A DNA stretch of 19,254 nt from Hadesarchaea archaeon. Its GTDB lineage: Archaea; Hadarchaeota; Hadarchaeia; Hadarchaeales; Hadarchaeaceae. A model generated the notes under the pieces. That model saw only the letters and a program-made list of their open reading frames with translations, had not been told where the DNA came from and did no database searches. Position numbers and translations under genes: made by a program. Below, piece by piece: positions 8,288-15,825 of this stretch (position 1 is its first letter; every line of letters starts with the position of its first letter). The DNA lies in contig JAUXAS010000008.1 in assembly GCA_030619825.1 (NCBI GenBank), forward strand, positions 1-19,254, in the 5' to 3' direction.

Positions 8288-9379
8288 ATGGCGAGCGCAA
8301 CGTTGAAAAAATTTAGAGACCGTGAAATAGCGGCCCGGATTCTGCGGGAGATACGCGGGCTCTACCCAAATCGCAGGGTAAAATTCATGCACGTGTGCGG
8401 GAGTCACGAGGTAACCATCACCAAGTTCGGTCTCCGCTCCCTACTCCCCAATTGGCTCGAAGTGATTAGCGGCCCGGGGTGCCCCGTTTGTGTGACGAGC
8501 ACCGCGGAAATCGCTGAAGCGATCGAGCTTGCTAGGCGCGGTTACCTCATTACCACCTTCGGGGACATGTTTCGCGTCCCGGGCACGGGGACATCGTTGG
8601 CCGGGGCCAGGACCGACGGCGCGGATGTCAGGATAGTCTATGGCGTGGCTGATGCAGTCGAGACGGCGAGACGAAATCCAAGGCGGGAGGTCGTTCACGC
8701 GGCTGTTGGGTTCGAGACGACTGCACCCACGACCGCCGCTGAGGTTCTTCGCGGGCCCCCCGATAACTTCAGCTTGCTCGTGTGCCACCGCCTGATCCCC
8801 CCGGCGATGGAGTTCCTGCTCGGGTCCGGCGAGGTTGCACTTGACGGGTTCATATGTCCCGGGCATGTTTCGACGATAATTGGATCCAAACCCTACGAGC
8901 ATCTCTCGGATCACTACGGGGTGCCACAGGTAATTGCCGGGTTTGAGCCCATCGATGTTCTGCTTTGTATCTGGATGCTACTGAAGCAACTGCGCGAGGG
9001 CAGGCACGAAGTAGAAATTGGGTACACCCGCTCGGTCCGTCCCGAGGGCAATGTGGTGGCACAGGAGAAGATAGCTCAAGTGTTTAAAGTCGTTGATAAA
9101 AAATGGCGTGGGTTTCCAACGGTTCCAAGATCCGCTCTAGAACTCAGGCGAGAGTTCAAAGGGTATGATGTACATGAAAAATTTGATTTTCAGGTGAGGG
9201 AAGTAAAAGACTTTGCAAGGGGATGCAGATGTGGCGATGTTCTCAGGGGGCTGATTCACCCACGTGAATGTTCGCTGTTTAATAAAGCGTGCACTCCAGA
9301 GCACCCAGTAGGACCGTGCGCCGTGACCACAGAGGGCGCATGCAACATTGCAATGAAACACCCAACCATAGCGTTCTAA
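8288..9379 (+). CDS. hypD: [NiFe]-hydrogenase maturation protein HypD
   Basis: HVCGSHE, GPGCPVC, GFETT, PGHVS and the C-terminal Fe-S motif CRCG..LRG...P.EC..F...CTP..PVGPC....GAC. Confidence 0.96.
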   Translation: MASATLKKFRDREIAARILREIRGLYPNRRVKFMHVCGSHEVTITKFGLRSLLPNWLEVISGPGCPVCVTSTAEIAEAIELARRGYLITTFGDMFRVPGTGTSLAGARTDGADVRIVYGVADAVETARRNPRREVVHAAVGFETTAPTTAAEVLRGPPDNFSLLVCHRLIPPAMEFLLGSGEVALDGFICPGHVSTIIGSKPYEHLSDHYGVPQVIAGFEPIDVLLCIWMLLKQLREGRHEVEIGYTRSVRPEGNVVAQEKIAQVFKVVDKKWRGFPTVPRSALELRREFKGYDVHEKFDFQVREVKDFARGCRCGDVLRGLIHPRECSLFNKACTPEHPVGPCAVTTEGACNIAMKHPTIAF

Positions 9380-9535
9380 ATTCCCTTCCCCCTACTTCTG
9401 AGCTAATCCTCGGTCCCTTAATATGCCCTTGATTTTTAGTTTTTAAACTATATTTCCTGATTTCACTATTTAAGTAAGGATAAATGACCCTTTTTGTTAA
9501 AAGAGTTAAAAATACCTAGATTTTGGTAATTTGAG

Positions 9536-9550
9536 GGAAAATTTTTATAG
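9536..9550 (+). promoter_or_regulatory. Putative BRE/TATA of the acyl-CoA synthetase-like operon
   Basis: GGAAAA followed by TTTTTATAG about 28 nt upstream of the GGTGA RBS (9578-9582). Confidence 0.55.
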
Positions 9551-9587
9551 CACTTGCCACAATTTAGCTTGTTCTTGGGTGATGGGC

Positions 9588-10310
9588 TTGGCTGCAGGGA
9601 ATAGAAAAGTGGCTGAAATCCTCAATTCAACCCGCAAGGAGGGCAGACGTGAGCTGATGGAATTAGAGTCCAAGCGGGTTCTCGCTGCATGGGGGGTGCC
9701 GGTGAACCGGACGGAGCTAGCCCGCGACATAAGTGAAGCGGTTAAAGTTGCACGGGAAGTTCGTTATCCTATCGTTCTGAAAATTGCTTCCCCTGACATT
9801 ATCCATAAGAGCGAGGCGAAGGGCGTCAAGGTGGGGTTGAGCTCGGAGCTGGAGCTTAGACAATCGTTTGGCGATCTGATCGATAACGCTCGTGCATACA
9901 AGCCAGACGCAAAAATCCTAGGGGTGACAATTCAGGAATACCTCCCCCCCGCCCGCGAGGTAATAGTGGGTGCTCTGCAGGACCCATCTTTCGGCGCCAC
10001 GGTGATGTTCGGGCTGGGCGGCGTGTGGGTCGAGGTGCTTGAGGACATCAGCTTCAGGCTGGCCCCGCTCAGTGCTGAGGACGCGCGCGAAATGATTCAA
10101 GAGATCAAGGGCTACTCGGTCCTCGCGGGCATTCGGGGGACGCCTCCGGCCGATGTCGGTGCGCTCGTCGACATCATCCAAAAGGTCGGGCAGCTCGCAC
10201 ATGAGTTTTCCGAGATAGCTGAGATGGATCTGAACCCGATTTTTACATTCGATGACGGAAAGGGCGCAGTGGTAGCCGATGCCCGAATAATCCTTGTGGA
10301 GAGCGGGTAA
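9588..10310 (+). CDS. ADP-forming acyl-CoA synthetase (ACD) beta subunit, ATP-grasp
   Basis: YPIVLKIASPDIIHKSE.KGV (beta His retained), FG.TVMFGLGGVWVEVLED.SFR, EMDLNP and DARI. Start is probably the TTG at 9588 after GGTGA; the ATG at 9582 is possible. Confidence 0.92.
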   Translation: MAAGNRKVAEILNSTRKEGRRELMELESKRVLAAWGVPVNRTELARDISEAVKVAREVRYPIVLKIASPDIIHKSEAKGVKVGLSSELELRQSFGDLIDNARAYKPDAKILGVTIQEYLPPAREVIVGALQDPSFGATVMFGLGGVWVEVLEDISFRLAPLSAEDAREMIQEIKGYSVLAGIRGTPPADVGALVDIIQKVGQLAHEFSEIAEMDLNPIFTFDDGKGAVVADARIILVESG

Positions 10311-11647
10311 TGTCTAACGAAGTTAAGGCGATTTTCGAGCCCAAGTCAGTCGTGCTCGTAGGTGCCTCCGATAGGGTTAGAGAAGGTATCGTTTCGCCAG
10401 CGTTCTTTCACTCGCTCGTTCACAATATGCATCGCTTCTTCAAGGGCAAGATCCACGTTGTGGACCTGAGCGGGAAGCTTGAGGGCGCCATCAAAAATTT
10501 GAATCGGGTGCCCAGAGGACGCGATCTCGCCGTAGTGGTGCTCCCCCCAAAGCTCGTCATGAAGAATTGGCGAAATTTACTCAATCTTGTAATAAAGGCG
10601 ATTGTTTTAGTCGCCGGGGGTTTTGATCAACAGCAGCGGGAGAAACTGGCGCGCGGGGTCGCTAAGCGAAAGGTCTGCATTCTCGGCCCGAACGCGACGG
10701 CGGGGGTGATCAACACATCGAATGGTCTGTGCGCGACACTCGAGCGCGGTTTCATGCCCTCACGCGGAGGCATCGCAGTGATCTCGCAGGATAGCGCAGT
10801 TGGTATGGCGATACTCGATTGGGCCCGTTTTTACGGTGTGGGTGTGGGCAAGTTTGCATCGACTGGCGACAGTGTCGATGTCACTGAGGCGGACCTGCTC
10901 GAATTTTTAATGCACGACAAGGAAACGAAAGTAATTTGCATTTATTTGCAGACCGTTCGCGATGGGCGGAGGTTTCTCGGGTTGATTCGTGAAGCGGTGA
11001 GAAAGAAGCCCGTCGTCGTAATGAAGGGAGGCACAGCGCAGGATGAGCGAGATAAAATATTCGCCGCTTCTCTCAAACAGGTCGGAGCTATTCGGGTTGG
11101 CATTGTCGAGGAGCTCCTGGGAGTTGCGGATGCATTGGCAAAACAGCCCCCCATGCCGGGCGATCGGGTGGCAGTGGTTACCAATGTCGATGGGGCAGCG
11201 ACTTTGGTCGCGGATGCCCTTTCCCGTAAGGGGTTTGCGTTGGCGAAGCTCTCCGATAAGGTCACGAAGAAGATCACCAAGAAATATCAAGATATCAACA
11301 TTGTGGAATGGGTGGACCTGGGCATCGGCGCGAAGGACGATCGGTACAAGTTCGTCCTCGAACAGGTGCTTTCGGATCATGGTGTGGATGGTGTAGTGGT
11401 GATAAACGAGCTCAAGTTGAGTTTCCTCGAGCCCGAAGATGTTCAAGCAATAGCGGAGGTGGCGGAAAAGTCGAAGGATAAGCCGATCGTCAGCGTGACA
11501 GTGGCAGGGGGGGCTGGCGTTCTGGTGCGGGAGGCGGTGAAGGGCAAAAACGTCCCCGTTTACGACTCTCCAGAGAAAGCTGTTCGAGCGTTGGATGCGC
11601 TTCGCTCTTACTGGAAAACTCGCACGAAGGTTGAAAAAGGCGTTTGA
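10310..11647 (+). CDS. ACD alpha-subunit homolog (CoA-binding fold), probably catalytically inactive
   Basis: FEPKSVVLVGAS, DLAVV, GPN, ISQ, KPVVVMKG and VYDSPE.AVRAL give the ACD alpha architecture, but the SHTG phospho-His segment is absent. Translationally coupled to the beta gene (TAATG). Confidence 0.85.
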   Translation: MSNEVKAIFEPKSVVLVGASDRVREGIVSPAFFHSLVHNMHRFFKGKIHVVDLSGKLEGAIKNLNRVPRGRDLAVVVLPPKLVMKNWRNLLNLVIKAIVLVAGGFDQQQREKLARGVAKRKVCILGPNATAGVINTSNGLCATLERGFMPSRGGIAVISQDSAVGMAILDWARFYGVGVGKFASTGDSVDVTEADLLEFLMHDKETKVICIYLQTVRDGRRFLGLIREAVRKKPVVVMKGGTAQDERDKIFAASLKQVGAIRVGIVEELLGVADALAKQPPMPGDRVAVVTNVDGAATLVADALSRKGFALAKLSDKVTKKITKKYQDINIVEWVDLGIGAKDDRYKFVLEQVLSDHGVDGVVVINELKLSFLEPEDVQAIAEVAEKSKDKPIVSVTVAGGAGVLVREAVKGKNVPVYDSPEKAVRALDALRSYWKTRTKVEKGV

Positions 11648-11661
11648 TATTTTGCTTGAAT

Positions 11662-12996
11662 CTATCTACTCAAGAACTGCCCATGCCCTGGTTTTCCGAC
11701 TACATCCCCATCTTCAGCCACTATAATGCCCCGTGAGATCGTCGTCACCGGCGCCCCTTTAACTCCTACTCCCTCGTAGGGGGTCCAGCCAACCTTGTAG
11801 TGCAATCTCTCAGCTGTTATCGTTACTTCTTTTTTGAGGTCCACGAACACGAGGTCGGCGTCAGAGCCCTCGCGGATGACCCCTTTACGCGGGTAAAGGC
11901 CGAAGGTCTGCGCGGGTTTGGTGCAGAGGACATCGATCATCCTCTCGAGCGTCAGCCTGCCCTTTGCGACGCCTTCGCCGAGCATGAGCGGTAGCAGGGT
12001 TTCTACCCCAGGTATCCCAATTTGCGCCGTCCAGATATTTTTCCACCCGATTTCCTTCTCCTCTTTAGTGCCGGGCGCGTGGTCGGTCGCGACGATGTCA
12101 ATCACTCCTTTGGCCAATGCTTCCCAGAGCGCCGTACGATCCTCGCCCGTCTTCAACGCTGGGTTCACCTTCAGGTACGGCCCCAGCCTTTTCATGTCTT
12201 CTTGTGTGAAAAACAAGTAGTGCGGCGATGTTTCAGCAGTTAGCGGCACTCGCTTGTACTTCGCCTTTTTGACGAGCTCAGCACCCTGACGTGTCGTGAT
12301 GTGGGCTAGATGCAATTTACAGCCAGTCCTTTGGGCGAGCTTAATCACTTTTTCAACGGCTTTTTCTTCGGCTTCGTTCGGGCGTGATTCAGTATGAGCT
12401 AATGGATCTTTCCGCCCTTCCTTAAGGAGCCGCTCGGTTTGCTCCTGTAGAACTTTGTCGTCCTCCGCGTGGACAAATGTTGTACCATCAACATTTTTTA
12501 TCGCGGTCATCAGCTCTTTCAACATCGGGTCTTTGACAGCATAGGGGGCACATGTGAACGCTTTGAATGATTTAATGCCGAGCGAGGCGATATTGGGAAT
12601 ATTTTTGATAGACTCTGCGGTCATGTTTCCCGCGTGGAGGGCGAAATCTATGAGGCTCTCATTCTGCCCGAGCTTGATGATAGTTTTTATCGTTCTTGGC
12701 ATCAGCATCGGAGTATCGAGGGGCATAATGATCACGCTGGTGACGCCTCCCGCTGCGGCTGCGGCACTACCGTTTTGGAAGTCCTCTCGGTGGAGGTAAT
12801 GGCGATCATAGAAATGGACGTGGGTGTCGATAACTCCAGGCATCACAATTTTCTCTTTCGCATCGATTTCTCGATCGGCTTTGGGCAGCCCACTCGTAGC
12901 GATTTCAGAAATGCGTCCTTTCTCGACCGCGAGTTCTCCGCGGATGATTCCCTCGGGCAAAGTCAAGCGCGCATTTCGAATAACTAAATCGACCAA
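11662..12996 (-). CDS. Cyclic amidohydrolase (hydantoinase/allantoinase/dihydropyrimidinase-like)
   Basis: PGVIDTHVH, AAAGGVT, SFKAF (carbamylated Lys), VHAED, HLAH, KVNP and TDHAP. It lacks the Arg/Asn/His carboxylate-binding triad of dihydroorotase (HVHFY, MPLD and DHAPG instead). Confidence 0.85.
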   Translation of the reverse strand: MVDLVIRNARLTLPEGIIRGELAVEKGRISEIATSGLPKADREIDAKEKIVMPGVIDTHVHFYDRHYLHREDFQNGSAAAAAGGVTSVIIMPLDTPMLMPRTIKTIIKLGQNESLIDFALHAGNMTAESIKNIPNIASLGIKSFKAFTCAPYAVKDPMLKELMTAIKNVDGTTFVHAEDDKVLQEQTERLLKEGRKDPLAHTESRPNEAEEKAVEKVIKLAQRTGCKLHLAHITTRQGAELVKKAKYKRVPLTAETSPHYLFFTQEDMKRLGPYLKVNPALKTGEDRTALWEALAKGVIDIVATDHAPGTKEEKEIGWKNIWTAQIGIPGVETLLPLMLGEGVAKGRLTLERMIDVLCTKPAQTFGLYPRKGVIREGSDADLVFVDLKKEVTITAERLHYKVGWTPYEGVGVKGAPVTTISRGIIVAEDGDVVGKPGHGQFLSR

Positions 12997-13019
12997 AACA
13001 TCACCTAGTCAAGGTAAAG

Positions 13020-13232
13020 TTATGCGCGTATTCTTGATGCAGCTGCCCGAATATCACTCTCGTTTACGGTTTTCGCGCTGCGATGTTTAGTTAGCTTTAT
13101 CGCCTCCTTTGACAGCTCAATCGCATATTCCTCGAGGACTGCGCTGAGCTCGAGAGCGGCGCTACGCGACACGCGGACTTTGGCCGCTTTTCGGATGAGT
13201 TGATTCATTGTGGACGCTGAAAATTCGGACAT
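13020..13232 (-). CDS. Archaeal histone (HMf family), divergent variant
   Basis: 70 aa; RVS..A...L...LEE......KEAIKL..H...KTV...DI aligns without gaps to HMfB. GGTGAT RBS. Confidence 0.9.
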   Translation of the reverse strand: MSEFSASTMNQLIRKAAKVRVSRSAALELSAVLEEYAIELSKEAIKLTKHRSAKTVNESDIRAAASRIRA

Positions 13233-13334
13233 ATTTCGATCACCATACTCAAGTAATTTAGGGGGTTTAAATAAACCGCCACGGGCAACCTTTTTCTTTT
13301 TGGGAGCGGTTCATCTTTGATTCGCCGGTTTTAC

Positions 13335-13347
13335 CGAAAGCTTAAAT
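13335..13347 (+). promoter_or_regulatory. Putative BRE/TATA for the amidohydrolase + PreA-like operon
   Basis: CGAAAG-CTTAAAT about 31 nt upstream of the ATG at 13379. Confidence 0.55.
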
Positions 13348-13378
13348 GTGTGCTGGTGTTTTTGTTGTTAGGGATTGG

Positions 13379-14728
13379 ATGGTTGACCTGTTAATTAAAA
13401 ACGGTTTGATTGTCACGATGGATAAGGATCGTCGAATCATCGCTAATGGCTCGATTGCTGTCGAGGACGGCCGCATTGTTTCGGTCAAGCGCGGCAAAGC
13501 AAAAACCAGAAGCAAGCCTGAAGAAGTCATTGACGCTCGCGGCAAAATAGTCATGCCCGGCCTGATTTGCTCGCACACCCATCTCTACGGCATGCTCTTG
13601 CGCGGCGCCCCTTTGAAGATTGAGCCCCCTACCGATTTCTCGCAGATTCTGCAGCGTATCTGGTGGCCAATGGACGAGGCAATGACTCGCGAGGACGCGT
13701 ATGCGAGTGCCCTTATCTCCTGCCTCGAGTTCATCAAAACGGGTACAACCATGTTTGCTGACACCTTCTCGGGTCCGAACGCCGTAACCGGCGTGCTTGA
13801 TCGGATCGCTGCCGCGGTCGAGCAATCGGGGATGCGGGGCATCATAGCGTTTGAGGCAACCGAGCGTCACACCCACGCTGAGGGGGCTAAGGGCACGAAG
13901 GAGAATGAACGTTTCATCCGGAAGGTCAAGAAGGAGCGCATGCGCCGGGTGCAGGGGATGTTCAGCATTCACGCGTCTTTCACGGTTTCCGACGAGCTTT
14001 TCCACCATGTCAGAGAGATCGCGAGTCGCTACAAAGTGCCCATAACCATCCACACCTCCGAGGGGCTGGTGGACCTCTATCACAGTTTAGAGCGGTTCGG
14101 CAAGCGCACAATCGAACGGCTGAACGATGAAGGATTACTCGCGCAAGATGTCGTGCTTGCTCATTGCGTGCAAGTCAACGATGATGAACTGGCAATCATC
14201 AAAAAGACCGGGGCAAAAGTGGCCCACAACCCCATGAGTAACATGCTAAATGCAGTCGGAGTTGCACCAGTGGTAAAAATGCTCTCGATGGGGATAACCG
14301 TGGGATTAGGTAATGATGGTTATATTTTCGACGGATTCGAGAACCTCCGTGCCGCCTTCCTGCTACACAAGGTCTCCCTCCGCGATCCCCGCGTGATTTC
14401 ACCCATGGAGGCACTCGAGATGGCAACGATCCGTGGAGCGGAACTCTACGGGTTGGGGAATGAGCTGGGTTCGATTGAGTCCGGGAAGCTAGCAGATATC
14501 ATCATCATAAATCCAGCCATCGCGCCTACACCCGTGTGTCCCGAGAGCGTCGTCGGACACATCGTTAACACCATTGATGGCGATGATGTCGAAACGGTCG
14601 TCGTCGGGGGCAAAGTCTTGATGCGCAAGCGAGAAATGCAGACTCTCGACGAAGCGGAGACGGTGAAGGTGGCGCGGAAATCGGCTGAGAAGCTCTGGCA
14701 GAAGCTTGGGGCGATAAGGAGGAGATGA
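13379..14728 (+). CDS. Amidohydrolase, SsnA/AtzA/MTA-SAH deaminase-like
   Basis: MPGLICSHTHLY, IHTSEG, LAHCV, HNPMSN and GLGNDG metal-ligand motifs. Start set at the ATG at 13379. Confidence 0.88.
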   Translation: MVDLLIKNGLIVTMDKDRRIIANGSIAVEDGRIVSVKRGKAKTRSKPEEVIDARGKIVMPGLICSHTHLYGMLLRGAPLKIEPPTDFSQILQRIWWPMDEAMTREDAYASALISCLEFIKTGTTMFADTFSGPNAVTGVLDRIAAAVEQSGMRGIIAFEATERHTHAEGAKGTKENERFIRKVKKERMRRVQGMFSIHASFTVSDELFHHVREIASRYKVPITIHTSEGLVDLYHSLERFGKRTIERLNDEGLLAQDVVLAHCVQVNDDELAIIKKTGAKVAHNPMSNMLNAVGVAPVVKMLSMGITVGLGNDGYIFDGFENLRAAFLLHKVSLRDPRVISPMEALEMATIRGAELYGLGNELGSIESGKLADIIIINPAIAPTPVCPESVVGHIVNTIDGDDVETVVVGGKVLMRKREMQTLDEAETVKVARKSAEKLWQKLGAIRRR

Positions 14729-14732
14729 TTGA

Positions 14733-15821
14733 GTGGTCGACCTATCCGTGGAAATATGTGGTTTAAAATTCCGCAACCCCATTCTGCCCGCAGCTGGCCC
14801 GACGGTGCGCGATGGCGATGCATTAGTAAAAGCTGCTGATGGAGGCGCTGGCGGGTTAGTCGCGAAGACGGTGAGCGTTTCCCCAGCCCATGTGCCTCGC
14901 CCTAACATGGTGAAAGTCAAAGATAGCATCCTGAACGCCGAGCTCTGGAGCGATTTGCCACTCGAGCAATGGCTCCGCTTCGAGTATGCGAAGGCGAAAA
15001 AGAAGGGACTGCCGTTGATAGCGAGCGTGGGCTACAAAGCCGATGAAATTCGAGCTGTCGCACCGAAGGTAAAAGCGGCTGGAGTGGATGCCCTTGAACT
15101 ATCGACACAACACCTCGGAAGGGACTTGGAACTAGTGACCGAAGCCACGAAGGCGGCGAAAGAGGTCGTCGATATCCCGGTGTTCGTGAAGCTCAGCCCG
15201 GACGCGTTCGACGTGGTCCAGTTCGCGCGAGCGGTGGAAGGGGCGGGGGCGGATGGAATAGTGGCGATAAACGCGCTGGGGCTGGGCTTGGCAATCGATA
15301 TAGAAAACACGATGCCCATGCTGGGAAGCGTCTCTGGCCACGGTTGGCTTTCGGGCCCAGCCATCAAGTCTCTCGCGGTTCGGTGTGTGGCCGACGTCTG
15401 CCGTGCGGTGAAGATACCGGTCATCGGGGTGGGTGGAATCAGTAATGAACGCGATGCCGTTGAATTCATCATGGCAGGGGCCTCAGCGGTGCAACTCTCA
15501 ACCGCAGCAATAATTCGAGGATACAAAATCTACGGGCTCATAGCAGATGGAATGGCCAAGTTCATGCGCGCCAAAGGCTACAACTCAATTGCGGATTTCA
15601 AGGGGATTGCGCTCCGCCATCTGCCAGAGCAGCCTTTTCGTACTACCTCCAAACCGCCGGAGATCATAGCTTCTAGATGCACGGGCTGCGGGCTCTGCGA
15701 GCAGTACTGCGTTTACGAAGCGGCTAAAGTGGTGAGAAAAATTGCAAGGATCGACCCAGTTAAGTGTTATGGATGTGGGATGTGTGTTTCTGTTTGCCCG
15801 ACGAGGGCGGTGCGGTTCTAA
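14733..15821 (+). CDS. Dihydropyrimidine dehydrogenase PreA-like FMN TIM barrel with C-terminal 2x[4Fe-4S] domain
   Basis: NP..PAAGP, AKT, NAELWS (cf. NIELIS), VKLSP, IN, SGPAIK, GVGGI and MAGASAVQ, plus CTGCGLCEQYC and CYGCGMCVSVCP. The catalytic NxSCP loop is missing. Confidence 0.85.
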   Translation: MVDLSVEICGLKFRNPILPAAGPTVRDGDALVKAADGGAGGLVAKTVSVSPAHVPRPNMVKVKDSILNAELWSDLPLEQWLRFEYAKAKKKGLPLIASVGYKADEIRAVAPKVKAAGVDALELSTQHLGRDLELVTEATKAAKEVVDIPVFVKLSPDAFDVVQFARAVEGAGADGIVAINALGLGLAIDIENTMPMLGSVSGHGWLSGPAIKSLAVRCVADVCRAVKIPVIGVGGISNERDAVEFIMAGASAVQLSTAAIIRGYKIYGLIADGMAKFMRAKGYNSIADFKGIALRHLPEQPFRTTSKPPEIIASRCTGCGLCEQYCVYEAAKVVRKIARIDPVKCYGCGMCVSVCPTRAVRF

Positions 15822-15825
15822 ACAT

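Noticed and set aside
12985..14744. Three neighbouring proteins all start MVDL
   Set aside because: The codons differ and these starts are typical first strands of each family, so this is probably coincidence.
11662..15821. Calling these genes pyrC and pyrD (pyrimidine biosynthesis)
   Set aside because: The amidohydrolase lacks the dihydroorotase Arg/Asn/His substrate triad. The flavoprotein lacks NxSCP and carries a PreA-type ferredoxin tail.
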